Positions 49,616-62,934 of a stretch of 64,000 nt of DNA are shown here, one piece after another (the stretch's first letter is position 1; each line of letters begins with the position of its first letter). The translations under genes were made by a program, and so were the position numbers. Origin of the DNA: Carcharhinus amblyrhynchos (Eukaryota); contig OZ336878.1 of the NCBI GenBank assembly GCA_965287045.1, positions 33,418,001-33,482,000 on the forward strand, given 5' to 3'. The notes under the pieces were generated by a model. It saw only the letters and a program-made list of their open reading frames with translations. It did not search any database and was not told the DNA's origin.

Positions 49616-52312
49616 CATTCCAATCCTCAATCCACTGACGCTTGCTGCGTGGTCATTTACCCCCGACATTCAAAACCACCTCCAGAAAATGCCGGTTTTA
49701 AAGTAATGCCCTATTCAAACTACTTGGCAGATTGAGTATGGCCAGAATACTCCGATCTCGTTCGCTCTGCCACCTTTCAGCCAAAATTCCATTCCCTGCA
49801 GCGGAGCAGGAGAGTCCCAGCCACGGGTGGGGTCAGGGAATTCCAGCCTATGTTCGGACTAAAAGCTCATGGGTTAACTGTCTGAGATTAATCCCCTGAA
49901 AGTTTTGTTATCCCTCACTCAACATAAGGAGATCAGGGCCGAGAATTTCCCGTCTCTTCCTTTCTCTGCTGGAATCGTAGCAGGTGAGACACTGACAGAC
50001 CTTGAATTTGGGCAGGAATTTCCGGTCTTGGGGCGAGCACAGCTGGACAAACCCACCCCTCCTCTAGATAGTGTCAACCACTCATATTGATTTATGGATC
50101 TGGCCTAACACAAGTCAGTAAAGTCACACAGAAAATTCCAGTGTCTTATCATTCCAAAGTCATAAGACAGGGAGATGCAGAACACTGCCAGGGTGGAGGC
50201 AAGATCACAGCTTCAGCTTTGGTATTTTCCTTCCTGCTAATGAAAATTCATTAAAATATTTAAGCCTAAACCAGAGCTTTCCTCTAAGAAATAGAAGTAA
50301 GTGAGAAATTTTCCCTCAGTTTTAATAAACAAACTTTTAACATCTGGCTTACATTTTGGAAATTTCCAGATAGCCTGTTTAAAAATCCAGACTTTCCGGT
50401 CCAATTCCATACAGGTGGCAACCCTACGGCAGGTTGCAACCTCAAATCCCAGGCAATTCCAGCTAAGGTCATTTTCTTCCTTGAGAAGTACGAGTGAATG
50501 CGAGCATACTAAACGGCAACATGAGTGACAGGTCACTGGCTATGCGGCTAGCTTCACTTCACTGTGCTCTGTGACTAAACAAAAGGGCTTCCATTCGCAC
50601 AGACCCAAGCTCATTTCAAGGACTGTTTTGGTTTAAGGAGGAAGGAAGGGAGTGGTTTTTTAAAAAAAAATCTATTCAGTCAGTTTGATCAATTTGTAGT
50701 GTTAAGAGAGGAAAAGAAATCAAAGGCCTCAGAAAGAAGTCAGCATTGTGTCAAGATTCTTTGAAATTTTACTCCCTCAGATTTTAATGCTCAAGACCAC
50801 TTTAGAAAAACAGGGGTTGGCTTTCGAGGACCGCCTGAGGGAAAGCAGAGGACACTTTGTGTTGAACTCACACTCATGTGGTGCACATAACTGAAGTGGC
50901 TTGTGTCTGCCTCTCGGTCTTAGATCCAGCCTTTTACCTCAGGAAGCAAATAAACATATTTTAAACTTTGTAGTTCGCCTTATTTTAAAAAAAGAGAATC
51001 AGGAATTTCAAAATGAATATTTCCCACACATAAAGCGCTTATTGAAAAAAAAGTTAGAGCCAACATAATTATCTCCTGCGCTCTACAATACCTCATTCAC
51101 GCAACTGGATTTGGTGTGGGGGAGGTGGTGGGAGTAAATGATGTACACTCAGGCCTCAAAAAGCTATAAGCCTGGCAGTCAATTTGGGATTGTGCCTACT
51201 GTATTGCTCTTTAGCGATTCCACGAGAGTTCACAGGGCTAACAACAATGTAACGGATGTGGGCAGGGCAGATGGGCCTCTGTGCCACCACAAATACATCT
51301 CCAGTTCCCAACTATCTCACACAGCTGGAAAATTTGGCGCCAGCCCAATGTGAGAGGATTGCCAAGAGCTCACCCACCATCGCCTCCCCCACGCAGACCT
51401 TAACGTGTCCTCTGTGCAAGAGGCCAATGAAGAGACTTTCATTAAAAATCAGGACTTGATGGTACTTGCATTGCCTGGGAAACCCTCTGGGCTGATTTAC
51501 ACCCATCTGGAGACCATTAATCCCACTGGGCCTCTTCAGCCAAGAAAGTGGGTACACCTGGTGCAGGGAGTCCTTACACTCACTCCATTCCCAGGGACAT
51601 CCACATTGTAAGAGCAAGGCCGACATTACAGAGTGGCCAGCGGTTGCACGATGAAAATTTAGCGGGCTAAACAAGCTGCACACATCGCTACTTCAAACAG
51701 TGCTATGTAGACTAGGTCAAATCCCTGGAGGCAGACAGTGCCTTGGATCATGGCTCAGGTAGCTTTCTTCAATGGTATCAATGAAGAACACCATGCAAAG
51801 GATAGCAATGGCCCACAGCACTGTCTGATCCTGTATAATGGAAGCAAGTTGACTATGGAACATCGCTTTGAAATGGTGATCTGCAAGTTAATTTTTAGCT
51901 CAGTGTCTCGGATTTGGTCTTCTGTGATGCAAATCTATTATCAAATGAATATTCTATTGATGTATATTTGAATAGAAAGGGGTGGGAATCGCTTTGATTT
52001 TGGAAGTGATGATCAGGATGGTGCACTACAGGGAGCTGATCTAATATCATTTGTATTCCTTTATTGACCAAAGCCGGAATCTACTTGCGACAGAATTTCA
52101 AGAACATGTCACTATTATTCAACACTTTAAACCACTTAAATCAACCTAATATTTCAACAGGAATAAAATGAAATCACTAAAAATGTATTAACCAGTGTTT
52201 TGGAATGAGTAAAGCCCATACAGAGTGGTATAGGCAAGGATTTGTGCCATGTAGGAATTCCTCACCTTGATTAAGGAGAGAAAAAAAAACAATTAAATCT
52301 TTTTATACCTAT

Positions 52313-52640
52313 AGTGGCACAGTTGTTAGCACTGCTGCCTCACAGCACCAGGGATCCGGGTTCAATTCTGGTCTTGGATGACTGTCTGAGTGGAGTTTGC
52401 ATCTTCTTCCCGTGGCTGCATGGGTTTCCACTGGGTGCTCTGGTTTCCTCCCACACTCCAAAGAGGTGTCAGTCAGATGGGTTGGCCATGTTAAATTGTC
52501 CCTTAGTGTCCCAAGATACATAGGTTAGGGGGACTAGTGGCATAAATATGTGGGGTTTTGGGGATAGGGCCTGGGTAAGAGTTGGTGCAGGCTCGATGGG
52601 TCAAATGGCCTCCTTCTGCATTGTAGGGATTCTATGATTA
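52313..52640 (+). mobile_element. HE1/V-SINE (tail type a)
   Basis: Full head, V-domain and tail ending gtagggattctatgat. Confidence 0.9.
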
Positions 52641-52647
52641 CTATAAG

Positions 52648-52992
52648 GGGAGATACTGGCGCAGTGGAATTAACACTGAACTAGCAATCCAGAGACCCAG
52701 GATAATGTTCTGGGGGCCCTGGTTTGAATCCCAGCGAGGCAGATAGTGGAATTTAAATTCAATAGTAATCTAGAATGAAAAGTCTAATGACGACCATAAA
52801 AACTCCATCAGGTTCATTAATGTCCTTCAGGGAAGGAAATCTGCCACCCTTACCTGGTCTGGCCTATATGTAACTCCGGACCCACAGCAACGTGGTTGAC
52901 TCTCAAATGCCCTCTGAAATGGAGGGCAGTTAGGGATGGGCAATAAATGCTGACCCAGCCAGTGATGCCCACATCCCATAAAAATGAATTTT
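52648..52992 (+). mobile_element. tRNA-derived SINE, family B, directly after the HE1 copy
   Basis: Core ggaaggaaatctgccacccttacctggtctggcct and tail gggatgggcaataaatgctg. Confidence 0.85.
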
Positions 52993-54417
52993 ACAAAGCT
53001 TATGTATTTAGTTCAACAAAGCCTTTCATGGCTATAAAATTACTTTGCCACGAAAACTAAAACTATATCAGCGGACAATTTTTTCTGGTTTCCTCAGAAA
53101 CTTCCAGCAAAGAGCAAGCATTATACAGATGCCAACTGTGATTGGAACTTGGGGAACAAATTTTTGCACATATCAGGAGTGTTTATTCTGCAGATATATT
53201 TATAATGAATGATTTAATTGATGGAGAACAAATTACTGCAGTAGGATTTAACGTGGCCTGTGGGGAATGATGGCACTAGGTCTGAAGATAGATTATTGAC
53301 CTAAGACATTGAATGGAATCTTGTTGAGGCATCGGGGGCGTGGGGGGTGGGGGGACTATGGCTGCTGCCAGATGGACTGGCACTTGAGACCTGGGATTGC
53401 AGAGCAACCCAAGCCATAGATAAGTAAATGGTAGAGGAGGGTTAATGAGAGAAGGGTGTCAGGGGTCAGCAGCAAGGGCAGGTGGGTGGCTCTCACTGGG
53501 CCCCCTTCCCTGCCTGGTCCAAACACTCAGTTCACACCAGCAACAGCAGGATGAGGCCCTTAAGTGCTCATGATGCAACTTAAAGGCCTCAATTGGCAGC
53601 AGACAGGGTGGTTGACCATGAGACTTCCCGCCCAGAACTTAATTCTGGCAGGGGTGAGAAGACTGCAGGGTTCCACTTTGCCACCATTCAGCCTAAGAAA
53701 ATGCTCATCCTGCCTCCAATCTTTCCACCAGGGAGAGTGCAAGATTCTAGCCATTAACTCCCTCTTCACAGATGCTGTCTAACCTGTTGAATGTTTCCAG
53801 TATCAATTTTCAGGATGGCTAGTGGGTGTGGGATTATAAAGTTTGTGCATAAGATTATACCTCAATTAGTGGGAGCACTGTTCATTCTGTGTTTCCATTG
53901 AAACTTAAAGCCAACAAAAATGAGGCCCATTCTCTTTATATGAACGGACATAAAAAAATTTGGCAGCACATGGGGATCATGTTTTTTTTGCAGCACGGTC
54001 CATGCATTCCCCCACCAAAAAAAAATTAGCACTGTCTCTTATCTCCACAAAAGTTAACTATTGTGTGATTCGTGCTTTCGCAAATTTTGTTGCAAGTTGG
54101 TTTATTGTTCTATTTTCAATGAGGCATTATTGCTCATTTTATGTGGCTTTTAGAAGAATCCTGACATGTATTTCAATAAGTGGCTGCAGAATAAATTTTT
54201 AAAACAAAGTTGTCAAATGATCCCATCCGCAGCACTGATGATTGGTTTGTTGAAAGCATCGACTATTATTTAGAACCACGCGGTTGATCCTCCACTCACG
54301 TAATGATTCCAACTTCAGTTTCTGGACCAGTGCGTGTAGATTGTTGCCATTACCATGACAACACCAGCTTGGGATAAGTAGCACAATATTGTACTATCAC
54401 ATTTTCTTCTTAAAGCG

Positions 54418-54735
54418 GGAGTGATGTCTGGTGGTATTATCGCTAGACTATTAATCCAGAAACTCAACTAATGTTCAGGAGACCCGTGTCCGAATCCCAC
54501 CACGGCAGATGGTGTAATTTGAATTCAATAAAAAGTATCCGGAATTAAGAATCTACTGATGACTATAACACCATTGTTAGCTGTCGGAAAATCCCATCTG
54601 GTTCACTTATATCCCTTAGGGAAGGAAATCTGCTGTCCTTACCTGTCTGGCCTACACGTGACTCTAGAGCCACAGCAATGTGGTTGACTCTCAATTGCCC
54701 TCCAAGGGCAACAAAGGATGGGTAATAAATACCCA
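54418..54735 (+). mobile_element. tRNA-derived SINE, family B
   Basis: Same head and core as 21230-21580. Confidence 0.85.
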
Positions 54736-54909
54736 TGTATAGATTGGGCATTTGTATGATTGTATTTGCTTCCATTGAAACTTAAAGCCAACAAAAATGA
54801 GGCCCATTCTCTTTAGATTGTATTTGCACAAATAGGATTCTAAACGAAAAAGGGAGTTACATGTGGGGATTGTGTTTTAAATTGGAGAGTTTTAAACTTG
54901 TCACTAGGA

Positions 54910-55032
54910 GAACTGTCTTCTTTGCACAGCACCACAGGATCTTTACCATCCATTTTGAACTGGCTGATTTAAAGGTATGAACCAAAGGACAGCACATCTG
55001 ACAACGTGGTGCTCCCTCAGTGCTGCATTACT
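54910..55032 (-). mobile_element. Deu-domain SINE remnant
   Basis: ggatctttaccatcca...ggacagcacatctgacaacgtggtgctccctcagtgctgca is the reverse complement of the remembered Deu core. Confidence 0.55.
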
Positions 55033-56039
55033 GCAGTGAACTGGTCGCAAAGCATGTCACCTGTCCCTGTCAGTATTAGGGAATAAAATGACATTAACTA
55101 AAAGGTGCAAAATCACAGGGAAAAAGCTCACAAGAGGTTAATTCAATGTTCTTCAGTGGCACAAAACAGGCATTAGTGAATTGGGCACTCAAATCACATG
55201 CCACCAATTTCCATTCACATTTGATGCCACTGGAAAGGCAGCATAATATATATAAAGGGCGTTTGATTTTTATATTGTCTATGTTGCAGCATAGCCAGAG
55301 ATCAGTTTCACCCCTACTAACCTCGACCTTCAAATGTCAAACGTCAATACAAGTTCTTCCCACCACAGAAAATGATGTTTCTGAAACGCTAATGAAGTTG
55401 ATTTAAAGAAAGACAAAGACCTACGGTAAGATGATGGTGTTTATTATTACTTCTTAGCTCACCGACTTCAAAAAGCGTAAGTGCCTTTCTGACGGTTTGG
55501 AGCTGTGAAAAGTTCTTTAGACTTTGGATCACCTTTTGCTCATGCATCGGGTGGTTAATGTTTCCCCCTGACTTTCAAAGCGATTCCCATCAATTCTGCT
55601 CCAGAAGGTAAATATGCAAAAGTCTCTTTGACTTTAAGATTTGCCAGCTGCAAAAATACTGTACAGATGAGTCCCTGTAACTGAAGAGCTGCCTGGAGAC
55701 CTGGAGAGATTTCCTGATACCCATTCTGGCCACTCTGTACGTCATGTCACTTTGGAGTGCACTAATGGCTCTAAAACTAAAATCTATCGTGAGATAAGTA
55801 ATGGAATGGGAATAGCAGCAGCCCACATGTGAACTGCAAGAACATGCAATTGAGACAGAGTTCATGGTTAAATACAGTTCAATTTTAACTCCAAGATTAG
55901 AACATAGCCAAAGCAAACTTCATGCACGTGCACGAGCAGCAGTGGGCAGATGATGTTAACAGCCAAGACTCAAAAAAGCCACACACCAGCACTACAACAA
56001 AAAACCACAACTTTGGCAGAAAACTGCTTTCCGATCATT

Positions 56040-56326
56040 ATAAAGTTTATTTATTTATTAGTGTCACAAGTAGGCTTACGTTAACACTGCAATGAAGTTA
56101 CTGTGAAAACTCCCTAGTGCCACACTCTGGCGCCTATTCAGGGTACACTGAAGGAGAATTTAGCATGGCCAATACACCTAACCAGCACATCTTTCGCATT
56201 GTGGGAGGAAACCCACACAGACACAGGGAGAATGTGCAAACTCCACTTAGGCAATGCCTCAAGCCGGGAATCAAACTTGGGCCCCTAGCGTGGTGGGGCA
56301 GCAGTGCTAACCACTGTGCTGCCCCC
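56040..56326 (-). mobile_element. HE1/V-SINE (tail type b)
   Basis: tttattagtgtcacaagtaggcttacgttaacactgcaatgaag ... gcagcagtgctaaccactgtg. Confidence 0.9.
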
Positions 56327-57264
56327 ATATAATTGACGGGGTAGGGGTGGGGGAGTGGGAAGAGAAAGGAGATTGCTGTCCACAGGACGAGTCTTCAACA
56401 CAGGGTAAGTGTTCCAGGAGGGGAATCACAATCTAGAGAGAGTGGAAGAACCCAGGGAAGTGGAGACCCCACACTTTCTCATGAAGTTCAGAGGAACACT
56501 CCTCTTCTCCAAGGAAAATAGAAGGAAGATATAAAATGTACTTTTCTGGGTCTCTTCTGGTCCTATATGGTATTCCTGGCAAGGTTAATCTACTCATACC
56601 TCAGGTAGTGATTGCAGAGTGAAGCCTGATCAGCATATTAAAAGAGGACAGTGCCAGTTTTGAACAGGTGCCCTTGCTGCCTTCAACTTAATATTGACTG
56701 GGGTGAGAAATAAAGAGCAGTTCCCTTGTTCCTCTTGTAGTGGTCTCCATCAGGCAAAGGGGGTTAAAAAGACCACAGACTTTCAGGTTAACAATCCCCA
56801 TCCCAGGTTGGGGTTGCAAAGTTGCTGAGCAGTTAAAATTGGCCATTCGCTTACTCCCCTCTGCCTTCCCATCATGTCCCAGATTTGGCCTGCTGGAAGG
56901 AAGAGGGAATCCTCTAAATGATAATGGCAATATTAGTTGGAGACCTGAGCAGTGGGGGGGGAGCAGTTGTGCACCTCCTAGCCGCACAAGAAAGCCCTGG
57001 TCTCACTCAATCCCTCTACATCCACCCCTGTGAGCGCAGCCGGAAAGCTGCCCCATAGATCGTCTCCCCCTCCATAACTGACTGCCAGCAAGTATTCTCA
57101 GAGCCTCTGATCACAGAAACCCCAACACTCATAACTGGGTACAGGTAGGAGCCCAGGTAAACATCTTCAGATTATATTAACCGCATGAATGCACGCACAT
57201 TCCTTTCATTCCCCCATCCTCCTAGTTTAAAACTGGTGTTTCAATCAAATGGTTTGAATAACGT

Positions 57265-57583
57265 TTAAGTTAAGTTTATTTATTAGTGTCACTGGTAGAT
57301 TTACATTAACACCGCAATGAAGTTAGTTACTGTGAAAATCTTCTAGTCGCCACACTCCGGCACTTGTATGGGTACACTGCAGAAGAATTTAGCATGGCCA
57401 ATGCACCTAATGAACATGTCTTTTGGACTGCGAGAGGAAACTGGAGCACCCCGAGGAAATCCACGCAGATTTTGGGGGGGGGGCGGGTACTGACTCTGCA
57501 CAGTCACTGACTCAAGCCCAGAATCGAATCCAGATCCCTGGAGCTCTTTGGCAGCGGTGCTCCACTGTGCCACCATGCCACCC
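57265..57583 (-). mobile_element. HE1/V-SINE (tail type b)
   Basis: Same tail and V-domain as 56040-56326. Confidence 0.85.
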
Positions 57584-60500
57584 ATGGTAATAACGGTATT
57601 ATTACAAATGGTAATTAAAGGTGCTCAATCACGAATAGATCTATCAATACATTTTTAGATGATTTGTCACTGAGCACAGATATCACAGTCCAAATCTCAT
57701 TTTAAAAAGTGTTGAGTGTTCTGACCTGCTGCTGAAAACATGACACTTTGCAACCTGCAAACTTCACCAACCAAGCAATTAAACTCACAGTGACATAAAG
57801 GCTCTGGTTACTAACTGACAATTAGATTTTGTGTCCCTTAAAATACAAACTGCCCCACTTGAATGGGGTAACATCGGACCCGACTTTAAGCTGCCTGTCA
57901 GGAATAGACAAAGGAGTTGAGGCCAGGAGAGACAATTTCAATAAGTGGCCTCGAATCTTCATTCATTTCATTTTGGCAGGGAATAGGAGGAACCGAAGTA
58001 CTCCTTCAGTCTCCATAGGAACACTGTGAGCCACTATCGATTTGGGCTTGTCCCTACTGCCATCACCACTCCTTCCCACACAACTCCCACCCCAATCTCC
58101 AGTTTGCCAGCCAGCTTGGTGCCCATGTCAGCTGGCTTCCCCCTTTCCACAGCCCCACCCCAGCAGCTCATCAGGCAGCTGGTGAGGCACCCCTCCCAAA
58201 CACCCCACCCAACATCTACCCCAAGGTACTGAACCCAAGCAATGACTTGGGAGATTTGTTAACCTATAGAAATCTGTACAAATACATCTTACTGCGAGTT
58301 TGCATTCCCTAAGGTAGGTGCAGCACAGCCTTCCTGCATGCAAAAGCAATAGAAAACATTAAAGTATACAAAGTAAACTCACAGCCAAGTTTTCTTGGGA
58401 CTGACTGCTCATTTTTGTAAAGGAATTGGAACATGGGAAAAAGCTGCAGACAACAAGGGATTAATAGACAGAATGGGACAGAAAAAAATAGCCAGACTGT
58501 GCTTTGCTCTTTATGGCTCAATTATATACCGATAAGATGTGCACCATTCAGGTTTCAAGCCAATGCGATGATAAACTTACAATGAATAAGGACAATTTCC
58601 ACTTCAGGTCCTTTTACGAAAAAAAGACTGGCAACGTGTGAACAAAATACTAAAAAGGGCCATAACAGCCTGGAGGGGAATAGAGCCTTTCTCAAAAAAA
58701 AGATCATTGTGCTGGGATTTACAAAGAATTCACTGTTCTTCCTGCCCACTCAGCTGAGTTTCCAATGCCAGCCTACATTGTACCATTCACCATGGCGCTG
58801 GCCGGGTGCACTGTGGTATGCCTGCCTCAAATCTCCAATGGGCGTCGAAGATTAAGTCGCTTCTCAACAACAACCTTCTTTGTTTGTACAAATAATTAAA
58901 GAGGGGAAAAAAAACAACAAAGTGGGACAGGAGGCAAAACCTTACAGAATGCACACTGGGCACGTGCAGCACATTCGGAATCAAGGCTAGATTTTTTTTT
59001 ACATTCATTGGAGAAAACTCTTTCCTCAGTTCCCTGGAATTATGCAAAAAAAATGGAGATCATATATAATGGAATGAAAGGAAAAGAAAAGTAATGGAAA
59101 GGGACATTTCATCCATACATTCTCCACACAGTATTTACAATGCAAGACTGAATGGATAAGAACATTTTGCCACTCAGTGGGATGCTGTCTTTTAGCAACT
59201 CCATCCAATCTAATAAAAAGCTTAAATGGAGGCCTGAAATTGTGGTGTACTAAGGCACATATAATTCAATCGAACAAGAAATGTACAAAGTCTTACCAAA
59301 TCTGGTTTCAAACAGTTTGCGAAATTAACAATCCTGAAATGACTATTTTCCCCAAGTAATAAGGAAGCAATAAAATAAACAAGGTGGACTAGCAACATTC
59401 CAATGTGAGACCTTCTTTGCGGCCACCCACTCATGCTTTCTTCCTCTCGCCTTATATTCATCCTTTTCCATTTCCCAACTCCATCTCCCCTATCTTGTGC
59501 CACTCCAACAACAATGAAACTTAAGGTGCTTGAACAGCAGCAGTAGCTCCTGTTCCCTTTAACATGCTACATCATAGCTGTAAATTTCCCTCTTCACTGC
59601 ATGCTGACAGAGCATACTGTAGGCAACATTGAACCTGCATGAGTTTCATGCCATTGCAAAATAAAAGGTCAGCTTGCAGAAGCCTCATCTATTTGGCAAA
59701 GCTTCCTCTGGGTTCAGGCGTTTCAGTACTCAAATGGATGTCTGGGTCCCCAGCCAAGAAAACATAATGAGGCTGGGCTGAGAGCCCAGAAATCCATTAG
59801 CCTGTTGAAACACCCAAGCTCCAGAGAAAATATAGTTTGATCGAAGGCTCTGGCTCTCTGATCAATTTGATAATGTTTATTTACATAAGATAAGGATGTT
59901 TCAAGTGCTTAAGTTCCAGCAATGCATACTTCACAGGGTCTGGATGATGGAAGCTTTTATTAGACTGTAGTAAAAATGAGTTTATTTAAGAAAGAGGATT
60001 TTTTTTTACATATCCTATTGCCACTGTAAGATTCACTGGTTCTATACTACGCATGAATGGGAATGGAAGAGTCATAGCTTAGTGTGAAAGACTTAATGTG
60101 CCACTTGGGTTGTTTTCAGGGCATGCCATTGACATGGTGGGGGGTGCATGATCAAGGCACATTGGGTGGGAGGGCATACCCAAGCATGGGGAACATGAAA
60201 GGCCATAGGAGTTGTTTGGGGGCCATGGAGGAGACAAAAGGCTATGTGGATTTTTTGGGGCCTAGGCCTGGGGGGGCACGAAGGACCATTTTCACTTTCA
60301 AGAAAAAGCATTTCAGCAAAGCCTTCCAATGCCGTCAGTGTGAAATCAGATGAGGTGACTGTCCATCCTCACTGCTCACTTCATTTTGTTGTAAAAAATT
60401 GGAAGAAACACAGATAAGGAAAACATTTAAAACTAGTATAAATGTTTCCTGCTTCACTTACAGATGTTCGCAAGAAAATAAAGTCGATTTTCCCTTCTAA

Positions 60501-61243
60501 TAACAGACTGGAAAAGTCATCAAGCTACACAATCACAAAGGAAGCAGTTGAAAATTTCAGAGCCCAGCATCCAATGCAGCCCTTTCAATTCAGTTCTTCA
60601 GAACACAATGACATATTAGGCGGGTCACTGATCAGATCGTAACCTGCAGAGTCCTCAGAGTTTGCCATGATCATAAACATATGCTTCACCTCACAGGAGT
60701 TCAGAGCCCGGACTAGGCTTCCATTGTCCTTCTTTACAGCCTTCCTTCTGATCCTTTCCACTCTTGCCCCAGCAGCAGCACCCCCCCCACCCCCCAAATC
60801 ACCAACAGCTGAACTCCAGTCCTTGCTTCTTTGCTGTGTGGCCTGGGTCCCTCACTGAACGTAGGCCTCAGCAGCAGTCACTGAGTGCTGTAGCACTGGA
60901 GGGGCAGTGGAGAACTGCTATGATTAGCTAGTAGCTGTAAGGGGAGAGGGGCAGGGTTCACAGGGAAGGGCCAGTCAATTGCCTGATACTTCTTTCCAGT
61001 GGGACCTCCCCAACAGGGTTGACACAGGGCACCCTCCAGATTTCCATGGGCATGACACCCATCACCAACATTAAATTCTGCCCAAAGGGTGAATCTTCTC
61101 CCTGTGTTGTGTTGCAAGATAAAATAAATGACATCAGATCCATCGCCTTATTGAAGCCCCCATCCATCGATCACGATACAGACAACTCCACACACACAAC
61201 CACCAACCACCCCCCCCCCACACAACCCCCTCCCCACCATCCC

Positions 61244-61377
61244 NNNNNNNNNNNNNNNNNNNNNNNNNNNNNNNNNNNNNNNNNNNNNNNNNNNNNNNNN
61301 NNNNNNNNNNNNNNNNNNNNNNNNNNNNNNNNNNNNNNNNNNNNNNNNNNNNNNNNNNNNNNNNNNNNNNNNNNNNN
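61244..61377. other. Assembly gap (134 N) next to a C-rich low-complexity tract
   Basis: Run of N preceded by poly-C/CA sequence. Confidence 0.99.
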
Positions 61378-62261
61378 GGATGATTTTCCCTTCCGTAATC
61401 CAGGGCATTGGGATGAACCTTGGTAATGCCTCCCTTTATTGCCACAGGTGGAAAACGAACCAGGAATGTTCTTAATCTGGATAGCTCAGTTACTGGATAA
61501 ACACGCTTTTCTGAATTTTGAGGTGATATAGATAGCAAAACTGTCAGCATTCGCCATCAGCACTCCAGTAAAACTGACAGCAAATGTTTCCCATGTGTGC
61601 CCAAAATAATACAGAAATCCAAAGGTTGCTATCAGTTCAACATTTCTCCACAGGGCAAACTGCTGAGGGCAACTGGAACAACAATTTAGCACCAGAAAAT
61701 TACCAGGAAAGCTGCTGGGTTGCTGTAAAAACTGAATGGCTTCTTTCCCTTTGGGGAAAGAAACCTATCACTTCCTCACCAGTCTGCCCCACGCATGAGT
61801 CCATACTATATGATTTAATGCCCTCAGGACTATGAATGAATCACAAATATTGCTTCACTGCATCCCAAAAACAAAGGTAAAATAAAACTACAACTATATA
61901 TTCAGAAAACTCTGTATTATATACAGACTTGAGTGAAGAAAGGATACAAAAGAAAATTGTTGATTGCCTCAAGACAAGATCACAGGGTAATAATAGATTT
62001 GGAAGACCATTTTTTTTTAGCTCATCCATACAAGACCATCTTTCCAATTGCAATATTCAATTGTTTGTTAGATAATTCCAGGATTTTCCAATTTATTTCT
62101 CTACCCAGAAGTCCATCATTTTTCTCTTTATGCAAAAAATAACTTCTGATATCAGTCCAAACTGGTTTGAACTTGAGCCTCCTTGTCCTACCACTTGCAA
62201 TTTAGTTGGAAATGATTTTTGGGGTTTACCTTAATCCATAAGTGGTTGTTCGATACTTCCT

Positions 62262-62466
62262 TCATGGGTCATAGTCAAAGGATAAGGGATCATCAACCTT
62301 TTAGGATTGAGATGAAGATAAATTTCTTCACCCAGAGGAGTGGTAGGCCAGTGGAATTGGCTACCACAGCAGAAAGTAGTTGAGGCCAAAACAGGGTATG
62401 TTTTCAAGGGGTTAGGTTTAGCTCTTGGCCTACTCCTGTCCCTATTTTCTACGATTCTATGTTTCT
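62262..62466 (+). mobile_element. CR1 LINE 3' end, probably nested in an older minus-strand CR1 remnant
   Basis: gggtcatagtcaaaggataaggg...aatttcttcacccagag...attttctacgattctatgtttct. Confidence 0.72.
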
Positions 62467-62934
62467 GAGACTGTGCAAATCCATTCTTTTCAGATAACCC
62501 AGATCTCTGACATTTGGGATTGATCTTGTGGTACTTCTCTAGACTATTTTCAGCTCTTGAAAATTAACCTGTATTTCAGCAATCCTAACAAGGAAATAGT
62601 CTGATCACAACTTTAACTGAATTGTATTATTAATATTAATTGAATATTTATGTATTGGATAATTCAACATCCTGTTGGATCTATTGATTATTGATTGTTG
62701 CTTCAAGCATATGACAGACATTGGTTTCTTTCAACTTTTATCTATTTCAACAACTCTTCTGGGGTCCATATGTCTCCTCATCTATGTGCAGTCCTTTACA
62801 CTTATCCATATTAAACTTTACCTGGCATTGTTGTGTGCACTTGCACATTATGTCCAAATCATTCAAGCTACCTCTTCAAATTCACTCTCTCTCCTAGTTT
62901 GGTATCATTTGTAAATTTGGCAATTTGCATTTCA

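Noticed and set aside
51450-51780. Possible Vingi-like 3' coding remnant on the minus strand (PPG.DL-like)
   Set aside because: Similarity is too weak to support without a search.
61019-61550. ORFs of 86-138 aa
   Set aside because: Inflated by the N gap and low-complexity sequence.
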